Assembly: GCA_977017575.1 (NCBI GenBank)
Contig: CDRNVI010000039.1
Coordinates: 558,001-622,000, forward strand
Reading direction: 5' to 3'
DNA from: Paramoeba atlantica
Taxonomy: Eukaryota > Protista > Discosea
Length of the DNA stretch: 64,000 nt
The stretch's first letter is position 1, and each line of letters starts with the position of its first letter. Below the pieces are notes generated by a model. The model saw nothing but the letters and a program-made list of their open reading frames with translations, was not told where the DNA came from and made no database searches. A program made the translations under genes and the position numbers. Positions 49,578 through 60,099 of this stretch are shown here, one piece after another.

Positions 49578-51725
49578 TTAAGAGGGTTCCACGCCACACA
49601 CCCCGCATTGTCTTCTCATAGAAGTGTTTGGAGAGCCACAAAACTCACAAATCCAGGACTTCGTTGACGCGTCCTTGTGAACCGCAACTTTTTTATCAGG
49701 ACTTGGCGCGACGTCTTCATAAAATTTGGTCATTCCGTCTGCATCGGCGTATAAAGATGATTTTCCAAAATCAGGTGCGCTACTGTAGTACGCCGATGCG
49801 ACGTCACGCTGGTACATCAACTCCTCTTTTGTAGACGGGGGAAGTAATGCAAAGGTTTCACGCAAGCAACTTGTGAGATTAACGTCATAAGGTAGTTGTA
49901 TTTCAAGCGCAAGACTCACGCTGCTGTAAGTGAAAGGATCGCCTAAAGGTAGATTTGGAAGGCTGATGTTCTGTTCCTTTAATCGTTCTCGTACAACCGG
50001 AGACAGCATCGGAGACATGCTCGCTAACCTACTAACACGAAATCTATCCAATATTCTCGTTTTTTGATGTGCTACCGAATCGTTGTTTTCGTCTGCAGAA
50101 TGTTGACGCAGTTCAAATGCTATTCTGTCGTTCACTAATATTCTAGCGGCATCTGGAATAAGTTGACTTGGTAATCGTCGGCCAGAGAATACAGGGGGTA
50201 GAGGATCAAGCATAAGACGATGCTTTAAAGACAATGGCCTCGATACCACAAGGCGATACTCTGGCCAAAGAGGTTTCATTTCACAGAGAGCGCCAATATC
50301 ATCTGGAATTTTCCAAAAGCTCTCTACCGCCCACCTTTGTGCAAGCTCCACATACGCCTTTGAATTAACCCCTTCCAATCTCGGAAAGTCAGTTTCGTGT
50401 AACGGAGAACTGTTATACGGTAGGGGTAAGACAACATCAAAGATACGAAACCGTTTCGCATCTTCTTCATCCCGTACATGTCGCACCACATAGCGAGGAA
50501 ACGTTGTACATGAGAACGCTTTCCGCAAAGCGTGATCCACAACGAGGTCGCCAACGACCACACGATCGCTGCCATACCGTTGGACTCTCTGCCCCGCGAG
50601 GTAATTCCACATGCGGCACTGAACCGCAAGTATGCAGTCTCGCAGCCGCAGGGCTGGAATGTGTCGCAGGCTTGTCAAGTGGTTGCCTCCACTCTCCACT
50701 ACAGCTGTCAGGGCGCACTCGATCCATGAAGGGAGCCGGGGGAATTGGGAGCTTCGATCTTGATAGCTATTGTTAGCGGGTGAGTGAAGTTTCGAGATCC
50801 GCTTTATCGCAGAAAGCAGTTTTGAGGCGTCCGAGGTGCTTTTTGTTTTACAATATTGTGACAGCTCCAAGGGAGCTTGATCGTGCGAGGTAAAAGCCTG
50901 TAAAATCATTTGAGGCAGGATATCAGACCAACGGCGATGTAGAAGCGGGCGAGCGCTATAAAAATATTGTAAGCGGGCAAGCCCATAATAGTTAATAAAG
51001 CCCCTGTTCATCAACCTCGCCATTTTCTCATCAATAATATGAGAACCGCCCTTTTCAAGCCGTACGCGTCGAAGAAGCACGTGAGCTGTGTATGGTGGTG
51101 TGTCTTCTTCAGTCATTGATCTACATTTCCCGCTACTAGAAGGCTCCGATATGTACGCGTTTCGCATCTGGAAACAAGCCAAACAATGTACGGGAACCGT
51201 TCCCCGAATTTGTACCACTCGGGCAGAACAAGTAGTATAGGGGAAGGAACCCCCATAAAGAGATACCCTCGCTTCATATGGAGCAACTAATGTCCGAAGA
51301 CACTTTAAAACGACAGATAAAGGAAGTCCCTCAATCCAGAGCACAAAACTAGGATTTTGAAGCCAAGTACAGTTATCTCTACACTCTGCTTGTTTGACCC
51401 AAGGTGTGAAAACCGCCGGTCCTTCTTGCAAAACAGTATCACGCGGGTTTACATTGTAAAGCGACGAAATCCTGCATGTCCCTTCATCAACACGATGCGT
51501 ACAGCAGGTTCGCATTTCTGACACGTACGGCGAATCTAATGCGCGGTCACGAGCTATAAGCTTGCCAGCACGAATATCTTTTCGACCCACAAATGTTGAA
51601 GTGGACTTTAGTGCGGTGAGAATGTTCACCTGTGTTTCACTGTCCAATGAAGTCTCATATTGCCTTCCGGGGCTTATATACGCGGCTCGCCCAACCTGGA
51701 GGCGACGCGAGCAAGTCTGTCTCAT
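49578..51725 (-). CDS. TruD/Pus7-family pseudouridine synthase-like protein with a C-terminal RanBP2-type zinc finger
   Basis: FVGRKD, GFINYYGLAR, VVVGDLV, FDVVLPLP, YR.VV.RP; WICEFCGSPN....QCGVCG. Confidence 0.8.
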   Translation of the reverse strand: MRQTCSRRLQVGRAAYISPGRQYETSLDSETQVNILTALKSTSTFVGRKDIRAGKLIARDRALDSPYVSEMRTCCTHRVDEGTCRISSLYNVNPRDTVLQEGPAVFTPWVKQAECRDNCTWLQNPSFVLWIEGLPLSVVLKCLRTLVAPYEARVSLYGGSFPYTTCSARVVQIRGTVPVHCLACFQMRNAYISEPSSSGKCRSMTEEDTPPYTAHVLLRRVRLEKGGSHIIDEKMARLMNRGFINYYGLARLQYFYSARPLLHRRWSDILPQMILQAFTSHDQAPLELSQYCKTKSTSDASKLLSAIKRISKLHSPANNSYQDRSSQFPRLPSWIECALTAVVESGGNHLTSLRHIPALRLRDCILAVQCRMWNYLAGQRVQRYGSDRVVVGDLVVDHALRKAFSCTTFPRYVVRHVRDEEDAKRFRIFDVVLPLPYNSSPLHETDFPRLEGVNSKAYVELAQRWAVESFWKIPDDIGALCEMKPLWPEYRLVVSRPLSLKHRLMLDPLPPVFSGRRLPSQLIPDAARILVNDRIAFELRQHSADENNDSVAHQKTRILDRFRVSRLASMSPMLSPVVRERLKEQNISLPNLPLGDPFTYSSVSLALEIQLPYDVNLTSCLRETFALLPPSTKEELMYQRDVASAYYSSAPDFGKSSLYADADGMTKFYEDVAPSPDKKVAVHKDASTKSWICEFCGSPNTSMRRQCGVCGVEPS

Positions 51726-51785
51726 TATTCAAATCGATTCTAACAGTAAAAAACACTAAAACATGTACTTCTGAAAAAAAAAAAA

Positions 51786-53221
51786 CAGTCCGTTGTTCAA
51801 ACTATCTGTTCAGCTCAAATACAGTAAATGATCCTTTCATGCATTTTCTCAATGGAAATGAAGCGAAATTACCGCTCTACCCTCTATTATTGGAAAAAAG
51901 TGAACAAAAACAGTGAAAATATAAAGAGGAACATAATTTCTTGCCTGGTTCGTGGCCGCTTCTTATTTTTGAAGCGCTTTACTGCGTCCCAAAGATTCTC
52001 TATCGGGTTGAGATCAGGGGAGTCCGCTGGCCAACGAAGAAAAGGTCCATCTTCCTCTGCTTGCAGTAAGCGTAGCATGGTAAGATCCCCGCGAGCTTCC
52101 CACCACTGCATCGTATCCTTCGCTCGATGCCCAGGGGCTCCATCATCCACCAGGACAGAATTACGGTCTTGGGACATGGCAAAAAGGTTTTGTCTAATAT
52201 TTCCTTGCGGTAATATAAACTTCCCAAGCCCTTGTTCGGTGGAATGGCTTCTGTTCCTCCTGATGCAATGTAGGAACAATAAAATTCTTCGAACGCGCAC
52301 CAATGGTACGTGTAATTTCCGAATCTATCAAAAGCTCCCCACACCATAACTTGCGTTGGATGATGAGTGCGACCCATAAAGACGGGAGCGTCAGGGTGCT
52401 GCCATGCCTTCTTGTTCAGATCTCCTGCTAAAATTGGTGTTTCGTCAGAGAAAACCAAACGGTCGAATAAGGTCGAGTCTTGCCTGAGCATCATCTCGAA
52501 AAAATGCTTTTCATGTAGTGCCTTGGAATCACACTCTGCTTCTATGAGTCTATTTTGCTCTTCTAATTTCTTTTTGGTGTTGGCTGAAATGACGTTCTCT
52601 TCTCGCAAAGTTGCTAGGTTCTCTAGCGCAATAGCAAAATTTTTGCAGTTTTTTTCTATCTTCGTTTCAAGACGTTTGATTTTGCTTGACAAACGTCGAA
52701 TTTTTTTCACATCTGCATATTTTCTTTGCGTGTTATGTTGCGGAGCCTTGTGAACGTCAAACCCTCTTGCCACTGAAGCAGGGATTGGATCGATACTGTC
52801 CTCCCCCACGCGGGTTCCGACTGAAGTGGTGATAATCGGTTTATCGTAGTCGGAGAGCTCACCGACAGCAATCAGACCGGTGATTTCCTTTTCCACGCGG
52901 GTTGCAACTGATGTTGTAATTCTCGGGGTGTCGTACAGCCCGCAGTCAGAAACCTCATTCTGTGTAACCTGTGGGGCATCATACCCGTCTGCATCAAGAC
53001 ACATGAGTTTTCCATTCAGAAGGCGGATTAGACCATCGTCTGGATGATACATTGGTCAATTGGCGTACGAAATAATGTTTTATAGCAAAAAAATGCGAAA
53101 ATCTTGAAAAATACGAAATGTGAACGTAGAAAAATGGATAAAAATCACGTAAATATATTCTAGCTGCGTTAATATGGAGATAATGAACGAAAACGCATTT
53201 TTCTAAGGTGCACAACGGACG
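51786..53221 (-). mobile_element. Degenerate, internally deleted Tc1-like element (DD47E) related to 31001-33436
   Basis: Transposase pieces LVFSDET, VMVWGAF, LGSLYYRKEILD, DDGAPGH, WPADSPDLNPIENLW and a frameshifted EGRA tail; candidate short TIRs cagtccgttgt / acaacggacg|TA (only 9-10 bp, so boundaries are tentative). Confidence 0.75.
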
Positions 53222-53394
53222 TACATGTCGTATCGCGAAGGAATTAGTTAAAAAGCTCCCACGAGCCGCTCACTCAATTGCGGGCAGTAAATGTGAACGG
53301 GAGTGTAAAGAGAAACACAGTAATAAATTTATAATAGAAAATCAAGCGCAGGGAAGTGGTAGAGTAGACCACGGCGATAATTCCCCCCCCCCAT

Positions 53395-53600
53395 GGGGGT
53401 ACCCCCCCTGGTACGCGCGGGAGGGGTCCGACAAGGTCAAAGTTTCCGAAATTTTTGGGGTGACAAATTTTTTTTGTTTGACCCAAAAAAAAGTAAAAAT
53501 ATTATTTTTCCAAAATCGACTCCTAAAACATGTTTTAGGAGTTTGGGACCTCAGCTACCATTCTACGACGTCTTTTTCGTCAGATTCGCCTCCTACCCCT
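53395..53600. mobile_element. MITE-family fragment homologous to parts of 46930-47910
   Basis: ccccctggta..gggg.ccg.caag (53405 versus 47170) and gagtttgggacct...ttctacg.cgt..tttcg (53539 versus 47748). Confidence 0.55.
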
Positions 53601-53712
53601 ACTGGTAAGGCATCCAAAACGGCCCAAATTCGGTGTAAAATTTCGCAGTTTTTGCCGAAAAATCGAGCTTTTCCCCCCAAAAAAGTAGATTATTCTTGAT
53701 CTTTTGGCGATT

Positions 53713-53829
53713 TTTCTTTTTTAGGCTCTTCGCTAAACGCGGTGGTAGTTTTCAACGTGAAGCGCGCAGCATGAGTGACTTCTAAGTTGAAAACAACCAC
53801 CGCGTTTAACGAAGAGCCTAAAAAAGAAA
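53713..53829. repeat. 44-bp-arm hairpin with a 29-nt loop and 2 mismatches
   Basis: tttctttttttaggctcttcgctaaacgcggtggtagttttcaac-type arm at 53713-53756 and its complement at 53786-53829; a left-arm homologue lies at about 62080-62130. Confidence 0.85.
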
Positions 53830-53942
53830 TGAGTCGCCCCGAAAGTGCCGTTTAAATTTACATCGTAGCTAGAAAAGAGATTTAACAAAACTTCATGTGT
53901 TAGGTAAGATATTCAGATTCCCAAAGATACAATACGTAGCTT

Positions 53943-55448
53943 TCAAATTAATCCAGATAGTAACTTACTTGTGCAGAAAACCGCAATTAGTGCTAGACAA
54001 AGTGCACAGCAACCTTGCCAGTATTTTAAATTACCCCAATTGCGAAAACGGTCAGCAAATAGGAGCGAATAAAGGAAAAAATATTTTTTAAAGGTAATGG
54101 GTGGATACCGAAGGTAATTTATGAATTCCAATTTCGTGGTACGTTTCAGTATAGATTTATAGTTAGAGAATTCGGAAAAAGAATATTTACCTTGGTATGC
54201 CCCAATTCCACTGGTGCGTATACCTCCGAATGGCAGAAGAGGACATGCACACTGAAGTATAACGTCATTGACTACTAAAGCACCGGAAGGTACCGTATCT
54301 TCAAACATTTTTATAGTACAATCATCTGATGTGAAAAGATACACGGCTAATGGATTTGCTCTTTTTCGTACAATGTCTAAAACTTCTTGCCAAGAAGCAA
54401 ACGATATGACTGGTAGTATAGGACCAAATATCTCTTCAAAGCAGAGCTCTGACCCCTCTTGGGCATCAATTATCACGGTCGGTGCAATGTATAGATCGTC
54501 TCTATCTGTATCTCCCCCAAAGACAACTTTTCCGCACTGAAGTAGACGGCTAAGCCGGTCAAAATGTTTCACATTAACGATGCGTCCATAGTGAGGACAC
54601 TTTTCCACGTATTTGCTGAAGAATTCCTCACATGTTTTTTTAACATTTCGTATAAATTTCTCAGTCATATTTTGGTGGACCAACACATAATCGGGAGCAA
54701 CACAGGTTTGACCTGCGTTTAGAAATTTCCCCCAAGCGATTCGACGACACGCGACTTCCATATCTATTCCACAATCTACGATACAGGGATTCTTCCCACC
54801 CAGTTCAAGTGTCACACTGCTCAGATATTTTGCTGCCGTCATCATTACATGAGATCCAACAGTTTTATTTCCGGTAAAGAAAATATGATCCCAGTTTTGG
54901 TCTACCAGTTGCTCCGCAAGTTGCGCGTCTCCTGGACAGACTTGTACCACTTCAGAAGGTAAGGAATGAGAAATAATCCTTTTCAAACAGTCTGTTGTAT
55001 GAGCAGAAACCTCACTAGGTTTCAGCACAGTTACGCAGCCTGCTGCAATAGCGCCAATAAGGGGCCCAATTAAGGTACGGACCGGATAATTCCAAGGACC
55101 AACAATCAGTACAACCCCTTTGGGCTGAGGAGAAATGTAAACATCGTCAAGAATGTTCAATAAGGGCTTTTGGTAACACGAAAATCGTTCCGGTGTAGAA
55201 TATGTGTGCAGATTCTTGAGCATACTGTTGATCTCGGCGACACACCAATCTATTTCTAACAACGCGCTTTCATTCTGAGCTCGACGCAAGTCTTTATAAA
55301 GCGCACTAAGAAGTTCGTCACGATGTTGTTGTAAGCATGCGCGTAGAGTGCTCAAGTTCTTCATGCGCTCTTTTATACGTCGATTACTTCCAGATAAGAA
55401 AGAACGTTTCGCCAATGAAAAGGCATTTGATGCCGTGCTTGGATTCAT
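53943..55448 (-). CDS. ALDH3: Aldehyde dehydrogenase, family 3 (fatty aldehyde type)
   Basis: PWNYP, LKPSE, IFFTG, LELGGKNP, FLNAGQTCVAPDY, EEIFGPILP, PFGGI..SGIGAY.G; hydrophobic C-terminal anchor. Confidence 0.96.
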   Translation of the reverse strand: MNPSTASNAFSLAKRSFLSGSNRRIKERMKNLSTLRACLQQHRDELLSALYKDLRRAQNESALLEIDWCVAEINSMLKNLHTYSTPERFSCYQKPLLNILDDVYISPQPKGVVLIVGPWNYPVRTLIGPLIGAIAAGCVTVLKPSEVSAHTTDCLKRIISHSLPSEVVQVCPGDAQLAEQLVDQNWDHIFFTGNKTVGSHVMMTAAKYLSSVTLELGGKNPCIVDCGIDMEVACRRIAWGKFLNAGQTCVAPDYVLVHQNMTEKFIRNVKKTCEEFFSKYVEKCPHYGRIVNVKHFDRLSRLLQCGKVVFGGDTDRDDLYIAPTVIIDAQEGSELCFEEIFGPILPVISFASWQEVLDIVRKRANPLAVYLFTSDDCTIKMFEDTVPSGALVVNDVILQCACPLLPFGGIRTSGIGAYQGKYSFSEFSNYKSILKRTTKLEFINYLRYPPITFKKYFFLYSLLFADRFRNWGNLKYWQGCCALCLALIAVFCTSKLLSGLI

Positions 55449-55670
55449 GGCTAGAAAAAAACGTTGTAATTGATATCCAAAGAATCAAAAACGGTGGTAA
55501 CAAATCAAGATGCCGCCACAGATAGAGGAAATGAAGTAAAAACCTTATGAAGTGAAGCCTTAAAAGGACGAAGTCCCAAGCTCACAAAATATTATTTTGA
55601 AAATAATGCACATGAGAATAAATTGCTTTTACCTTACTATCAAGCGTTTACCTTTACTATTTCGTGTTTC

Positions 55671-57512
55671 TCATGAAGATGAGGGAGGTAATGCGATTCC
55701 TTCGCTGCACTCTGATCCAAGTCTAATAGAACCTGTTGGACTGTACCAGGACGAAGTTAGCGCCACGCTCGAGAGACTAACATTGACAGAAGGCTCATCG
55801 CAGTGCTCAAAATCTAGCCACGAGTGATTTAACAAGGTGTTGCACTCCGGCCTTTTACCAGGGTCTAAATTTAGACAACTTTCAAGAAATGCGGTGCCGT
55901 TGGTATCCAAAATATCAGAAGGGTAGAAAGGGGGCCTGTTTTCTTTTAAGATGCGCCACTTGGCCTCGTAGGGAGTCAAAGTCAGAATATCAGAAATCTC
56001 ACTCCAGGGAAGCAAACCTGTGAGCATTTCGATAATAGTACACCCTAACGACCAGACGTCACTTTTAAAACTGTAAGGTTGCTCTCTCAGAATTTCGGGA
56101 GCCGCCCAAAGCACGCTTCCCAAGGTTGGCATCTCAACACTAGAGTGCTTGGACCAACTGAGGCCAAAATCAGATATTTTTAGCTCGTTTCGCTTCGTAA
56201 ACAAAATATTCGATGCTTTAATATCATTGTGACATATTCCTCGACTGTGCAAGTATCGAAGTCCTAGCAGTAATTGCTGTACATGTCGTGCAAGCAGAGA
56301 AGGGCGCAAGTGCCTTCCACGATTCGCATCAATACGGGACCTCAGAGAGCCTCCTTCGCACCATTCCATGTAGAGCAGTGCATATTTTGGAAAAATACGA
56401 CACCCCAAGTATTTTACTATTTTATCATGATGCAGGGTTGTCATGATAGAAATTTCTCGCTCACAGTTCGAAAGATTCGAAGTTGAACGCGATATTCTTT
56501 TAATGGCCACGATCTCTCCCGTCGTTACATCTTCTCCTTGTACAACCGTGCGTGCCTTTCCAAGTGAGGTAGCACTTACTTTATACTCTCGACATCGTCT
56601 CGTACTTAGCGGCCGCTCAAGTAGTGCGCGGTGTACAACCGAATTAATAAAAAAGGTCCATTTTAAATATTTTTTTTGCGGATCCATCACGGCAACAGCA
56701 ATGTGATCCCCGTTGCGAAGCTTAACGTACTTGTCTTGGTGAATGCAAAGATTGTTTACTATCGTTCCATTGCTGCTCTGGTCGTACAGTTCAACTTCCG
56801 GTTCTACGTTCGCACGACACCTGTGACGCGTAATAGTAAAATGTACACTGCTAATTTGACGGTACTTAGTCAGTGTACCTTCCATATTCGCATTTCTGCC
56901 AAATCGGAAGACGTCGCTCTCGATTAAAAAAGAAGGATAGCATTGATCATCGACACTCCGAAGCAGTGCCCAGCCACGCGAAGATCGCGGGCTAGAAGGA
57001 GGCGTGGCACCCGTGATAGGGTCCGTTCGTTCTGTTCGTAGATCGTCGTCACGAGTATCGCTGCGACAATTCAACGCAGAAGTATGAGATCCCCTAAGAG
57101 GATGTACTCTGGAATGTCGAAAAAGTGACTTCTCTATCCCATTAGGTTTAGTACCTTCAACTGTGTCAACCGGTTTCTTTTTTTGACGGTAGTCATCAAT
57201 CAGATCTACTTTGTTATCGCACGCATGTAAACTAGTCTGAAAATTGATTTCGTACGTAGTGTACGCATAAAAAGTATCCTCTCCGCCTATTATTGGTGTG
57301 GTGCATAAATCATTCCCGATCAGGTCCGCATCTTTTATTTCTATTGGGGAGTTGTTTCTGGTGGAAGAAAGTGTGGGATCTGTAAAGGCTGTTTCTTCTT
57401 CTGCGCAGCGGTCTACATTGATATGACGCCTTTCCACATGGGGAGTATTCGCTGCACTTGCGCTATACAATTCGGAAGGTGTGATCGTAGCTTTTGATAA
57501 AAAGGATCCCAT
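55671..57512 (-). CDS. FHA-domain Ser/Thr protein kinase (STE/MAP3K-like) with a predicted N-myristoylation motif
   Basis: MGSFLSK; FHA FGR...ISSVHF...D.SSNGT.VN; VAIK, HNDIKASN, DFG, APE, DVWSLGC. Confidence 0.9.
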   Translation of the reverse strand: MGSFLSKATITPSELYSASAANTPHVERRHINVDRCAEEETAFTDPTLSSTRNNSPIEIKDADLIGNDLCTTPIIGGEDTFYAYTTYEINFQTSLHACDNKVDLIDDYRQKKKPVDTVEGTKPNGIEKSLFRHSRVHPLRGSHTSALNCRSDTRDDDLRTERTDPITGATPPSSPRSSRGWALLRSVDDQCYPSFLIESDVFRFGRNANMEGTLTKYRQISSVHFTITRHRCRANVEPEVELYDQSSNGTIVNNLCIHQDKYVKLRNGDHIAVAVMDPQKKYLKWTFFINSVVHRALLERPLSTRRCREYKVSATSLGKARTVVQGEDVTTGEIVAIKRISRSTSNLSNCEREISIMTTLHHDKIVKYLGCRIFPKYALLYMEWCEGGSLRSRIDANRGRHLRPSLLARHVQQLLLGLRYLHSRGICHNDIKASNILFTKRNELKISDFGLSWSKHSSVEMPTLGSVLWAAPEILREQPYSFKSDVWSLGCTIIEMLTGLLPWSEISDILTLTPYEAKWRILKENRPPFYPSDILDTNGTAFLESCLNLDPGKRPECNTLLNHSWLDFEHCDEPSVNVSLSSVALTSSWYSPTGSIRLGSECSEGIALPPSSS

Positions 57513-57645
57513 GGAAATAGCGGCCACGTTAACCCATACCTGCCGCTTTTATGGTTATATGAAACCGACCAATAAAAAGAAAGGCATCTATTAAGGTGAA
57601 TCAACAAGACATTTCAGCCAAACAATAACATTGCATATGATTACA

Positions 57646-58024
57646 TTTTTTTTTTGATACTACTATATACTGTATACTCCCACCCCCCGCTCCTACCCCA
57701 GTTAGCGCACCCCGCGACGATACCAATCATGTACCGCCGCTTGCACTATCTGGGCATTGCCCTTCTGGATGGCTACTCCCATAGACATCAGAAGGTGAGA
57801 GAGACATCCGGCCCTGTCGGATGTGTGTGCTCTGGCCACCCTATTGAGAAAATTGAGGGTCTCTGGGCCAGGCACCCCATAGGTGGTGAAGGCCAGGGGG
57901 AAAAAATACATCCCTCTGGCGGCCCCCATCTCGTCATGGGCGCGGCGCTTGTTGCCTTCCGCCATCCTCAGTGTATAAGAGGGATGAGCGGCCTCCTTAT
58001 CTACGTAGGACGGGGCCAGTGGGT
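57646..58024 (-). mobile_element. 5'-truncated CRE-like non-LTR retrotransposon (RLE C-terminus, 3' UTR, poly-A) with a target-site duplication
   Basis: PLAPSY...AE.NKRRAH...FFPLAFTTYG..G..TL.FL.RVA...GVAIQKGNA; A10 tail (T57646-57655 on plus); attaca(tt) flanks both sides (57640 and 58025). Confidence 0.85.
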
Positions 58025-58267
58025 ATTACATTGCATTGTAATATTGTATACGATAAAATATCATTGCTAAATAATAAGAAACTATGGGATAAAGCTCATG
58101 AAAATGTAGTTGCTCAGAATATTATTTTCTGACATGCTTTTTTATGGCTGTGAAGAATTCCTCGAAATCTGAGGAAAGAAATCTGAGGAAGAATTCCCCG
58201 AAATCTCGTTCGTTAAGGATAACGTTCTCGTATTACGGATGGCTGCGGTGCTCCGCGGTGTAGCCTC

Positions 58268-59590
58268 TTAGTCCAGTTTGTCCATCACAATACCTTTGTT
58301 TCCAAGATCAGCACGAATAATTCTAAATTCAGGTAATTGATTTTCCACAGTGTGACTGAGAAAGTGTTGTACTAAGCGCTTATTTTCTAAACCTTTTACA
58401 ACTGCAAATATAGCGTCGTAGCCACCTGATCCAGGACATCCTGCGCATATGACGCCTTTTATATCCGATATGCAGTTCAATACGGCCTCATATTCTAAGG
58501 GTTCCACGGGACACTTAGCACCGAGACCAAGAGTACGTAGACTTTCACGAATTCTACGAAACACGCGCTGCATGTGAATACAAATTTCTTCGGACGAACT
58601 GGAACATGAAGTCTCCAGTAATAGCCCCCAAAGTTCCATGAACTCATGGTTTGCCTTAACCAAAGAGGCCCATGCAGTAGAGTTGGGGTGTTCTTGTAAG
58701 TGCTTCATAACAGAATGTACCATTGATCTTGTGGAAGAGCCTTCTCCTGCTTGAGCTAAGACAATGTGAATAGATGTGTCCTTCCCATCCTCACTTTCGC
58801 TGGAAAAAGATCCAAGATTGTTTTGCTCATGGTAATGATCGAGTCGAACATTGCCGCAAAGATATGATCTGAAGAAATTCTCTAATGATATCGAACTCTC
58901 TAGCTTTCGAAATGAAACACCGGAGAAAATTTCAGGACTGAAGCGCCGATAAATGCCAGTCCCGTAAACTGCGCTGCATATGTCAAATCCACTCCCTTTC
59001 CCACCTTGAGCTTGAAAATGAGCCAATTGCGCCAGAACATGAGCATCTTCAAGAAATCGATATGAAAACTTTGTCTCATTTTCAGACGGAAAGAAGGTAT
59101 ACAGAAGAGCGCCGGTCAGACTAGCGGTTAGAGCAGCGCTTGACCCGATTCCTGTTTTGTGAAAGGAACCGCCATCTTTTTTAAAAATTTCCTGATCCAC
59201 CTCGCGTCTAGCACCGTAGAAAGCGTCATCCGCATTGAGATCAACAGTAATGAAACGCAAGGGCACGCCTTTTTCATGTAGCTCATGCCATGCCACCACG
59301 TATGTTACTATGCATGTTACCACATACTCCACATACACATTGGTTGCCTCCGAAACGCGCCACATAATACCCTTGGCATTATACTTTATAGCGTACACTG
59401 TGTCAAAGCGACTTGAGCGTATTTCAATGTATCCCGTTGAGTTCTGACTCAAGTTTGTCGTTATATCAGAGTAGAAACGAGCAGAGGTGGTAAGTACAAG
59501 CCCCTTGTTTTCTGGATAAAGAATCGCGTATCCCCCCACAATGAGTACTTTTCCAGGACATGAAATCCGGAAGGGGGTGTTTGGCCCCAT
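58268..59590 (-). CDS. PMK: Phosphomevalonate kinase (ERG8-type GHMP kinase)
   Basis: CPGKVLIVGGYAIL, KTGIGSSAA, AQGGKGSGFD..SAVYG, PGSGGYDAI. Confidence 0.95.
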   Translation of the reverse strand: MGPNTPFRISCPGKVLIVGGYAILYPENKGLVLTTSARFYSDITTNLSQNSTGYIEIRSSRFDTVYAIKYNAKGIMWRVSEATNVYVEYVVTCIVTYVVAWHELHEKGVPLRFITVDLNADDAFYGARREVDQEIFKKDGGSFHKTGIGSSAALTASLTGALLYTFFPSENETKFSYRFLEDAHVLAQLAHFQAQGGKGSGFDICSAVYGTGIYRRFSPEIFSGVSFRKLESSISLENFFRSYLCGNVRLDHYHEQNNLGSFSSESEDGKDTSIHIVLAQAGEGSSTRSMVHSVMKHLQEHPNSTAWASLVKANHEFMELWGLLLETSCSSSSEEICIHMQRVFRRIRESLRTLGLGAKCPVEPLEYEAVLNCISDIKGVICAGCPGSGGYDAIFAVVKGLENKRLVQHFLSHTVENQLPEFRIIRADLGNKGIVMDKLD

Positions 59591-59791
59591 GTGGCAGTCT
59601 TAGTCTGAAAATCGGTCCGGCATATAAAAGAACCTCAACGTATTATCACAATATCATTCTTATCCAAAATATTCACATCAAAAATCAAAAGAGGCTAGAA
59701 ACGTAAATGTCCCTGTCATTATTCAAAAATTTATTGACAAGTAAAAATGGTATTTCTAGGCATTTTAGACATTTTATTGGGCTCGAAAATA

Positions 59792-59810
59792 CTGTACCCC
59801 CCTACTTAAT
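59792..59810. mobile_element. Lone TA|CTGTACCCCCC TIR-like end
   Basis: Same terminus as the 18239 MITE and similar to the pogo TIR; no partner end found. Confidence 0.4.
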
Positions 59811-60099
59811 GTCACCGCTTTTCGGGAAAAAGGACAATTAAATAGGGTGGGTGCAAAATTTGAAGAAAGTAGGAGAAAATCTAAAATATTTGCTTTTATT
59901 GTTCTTGTGTAAGCGTAGATACAGTTACAGAAACAGTATCAATATGGTTTCGTGGGGAGTTCGCCACATGCGGAGTTCGCCACAAAAGGTGTGGCGTAAA
60001 ATACAAGAAAATGTCGACGAATACGATATTTTTGGGTTCGCCGTCGACGGCGGTACCGATAGAGTACTCGGTGAGGATATACTTGTTGTACAGTTTTCC

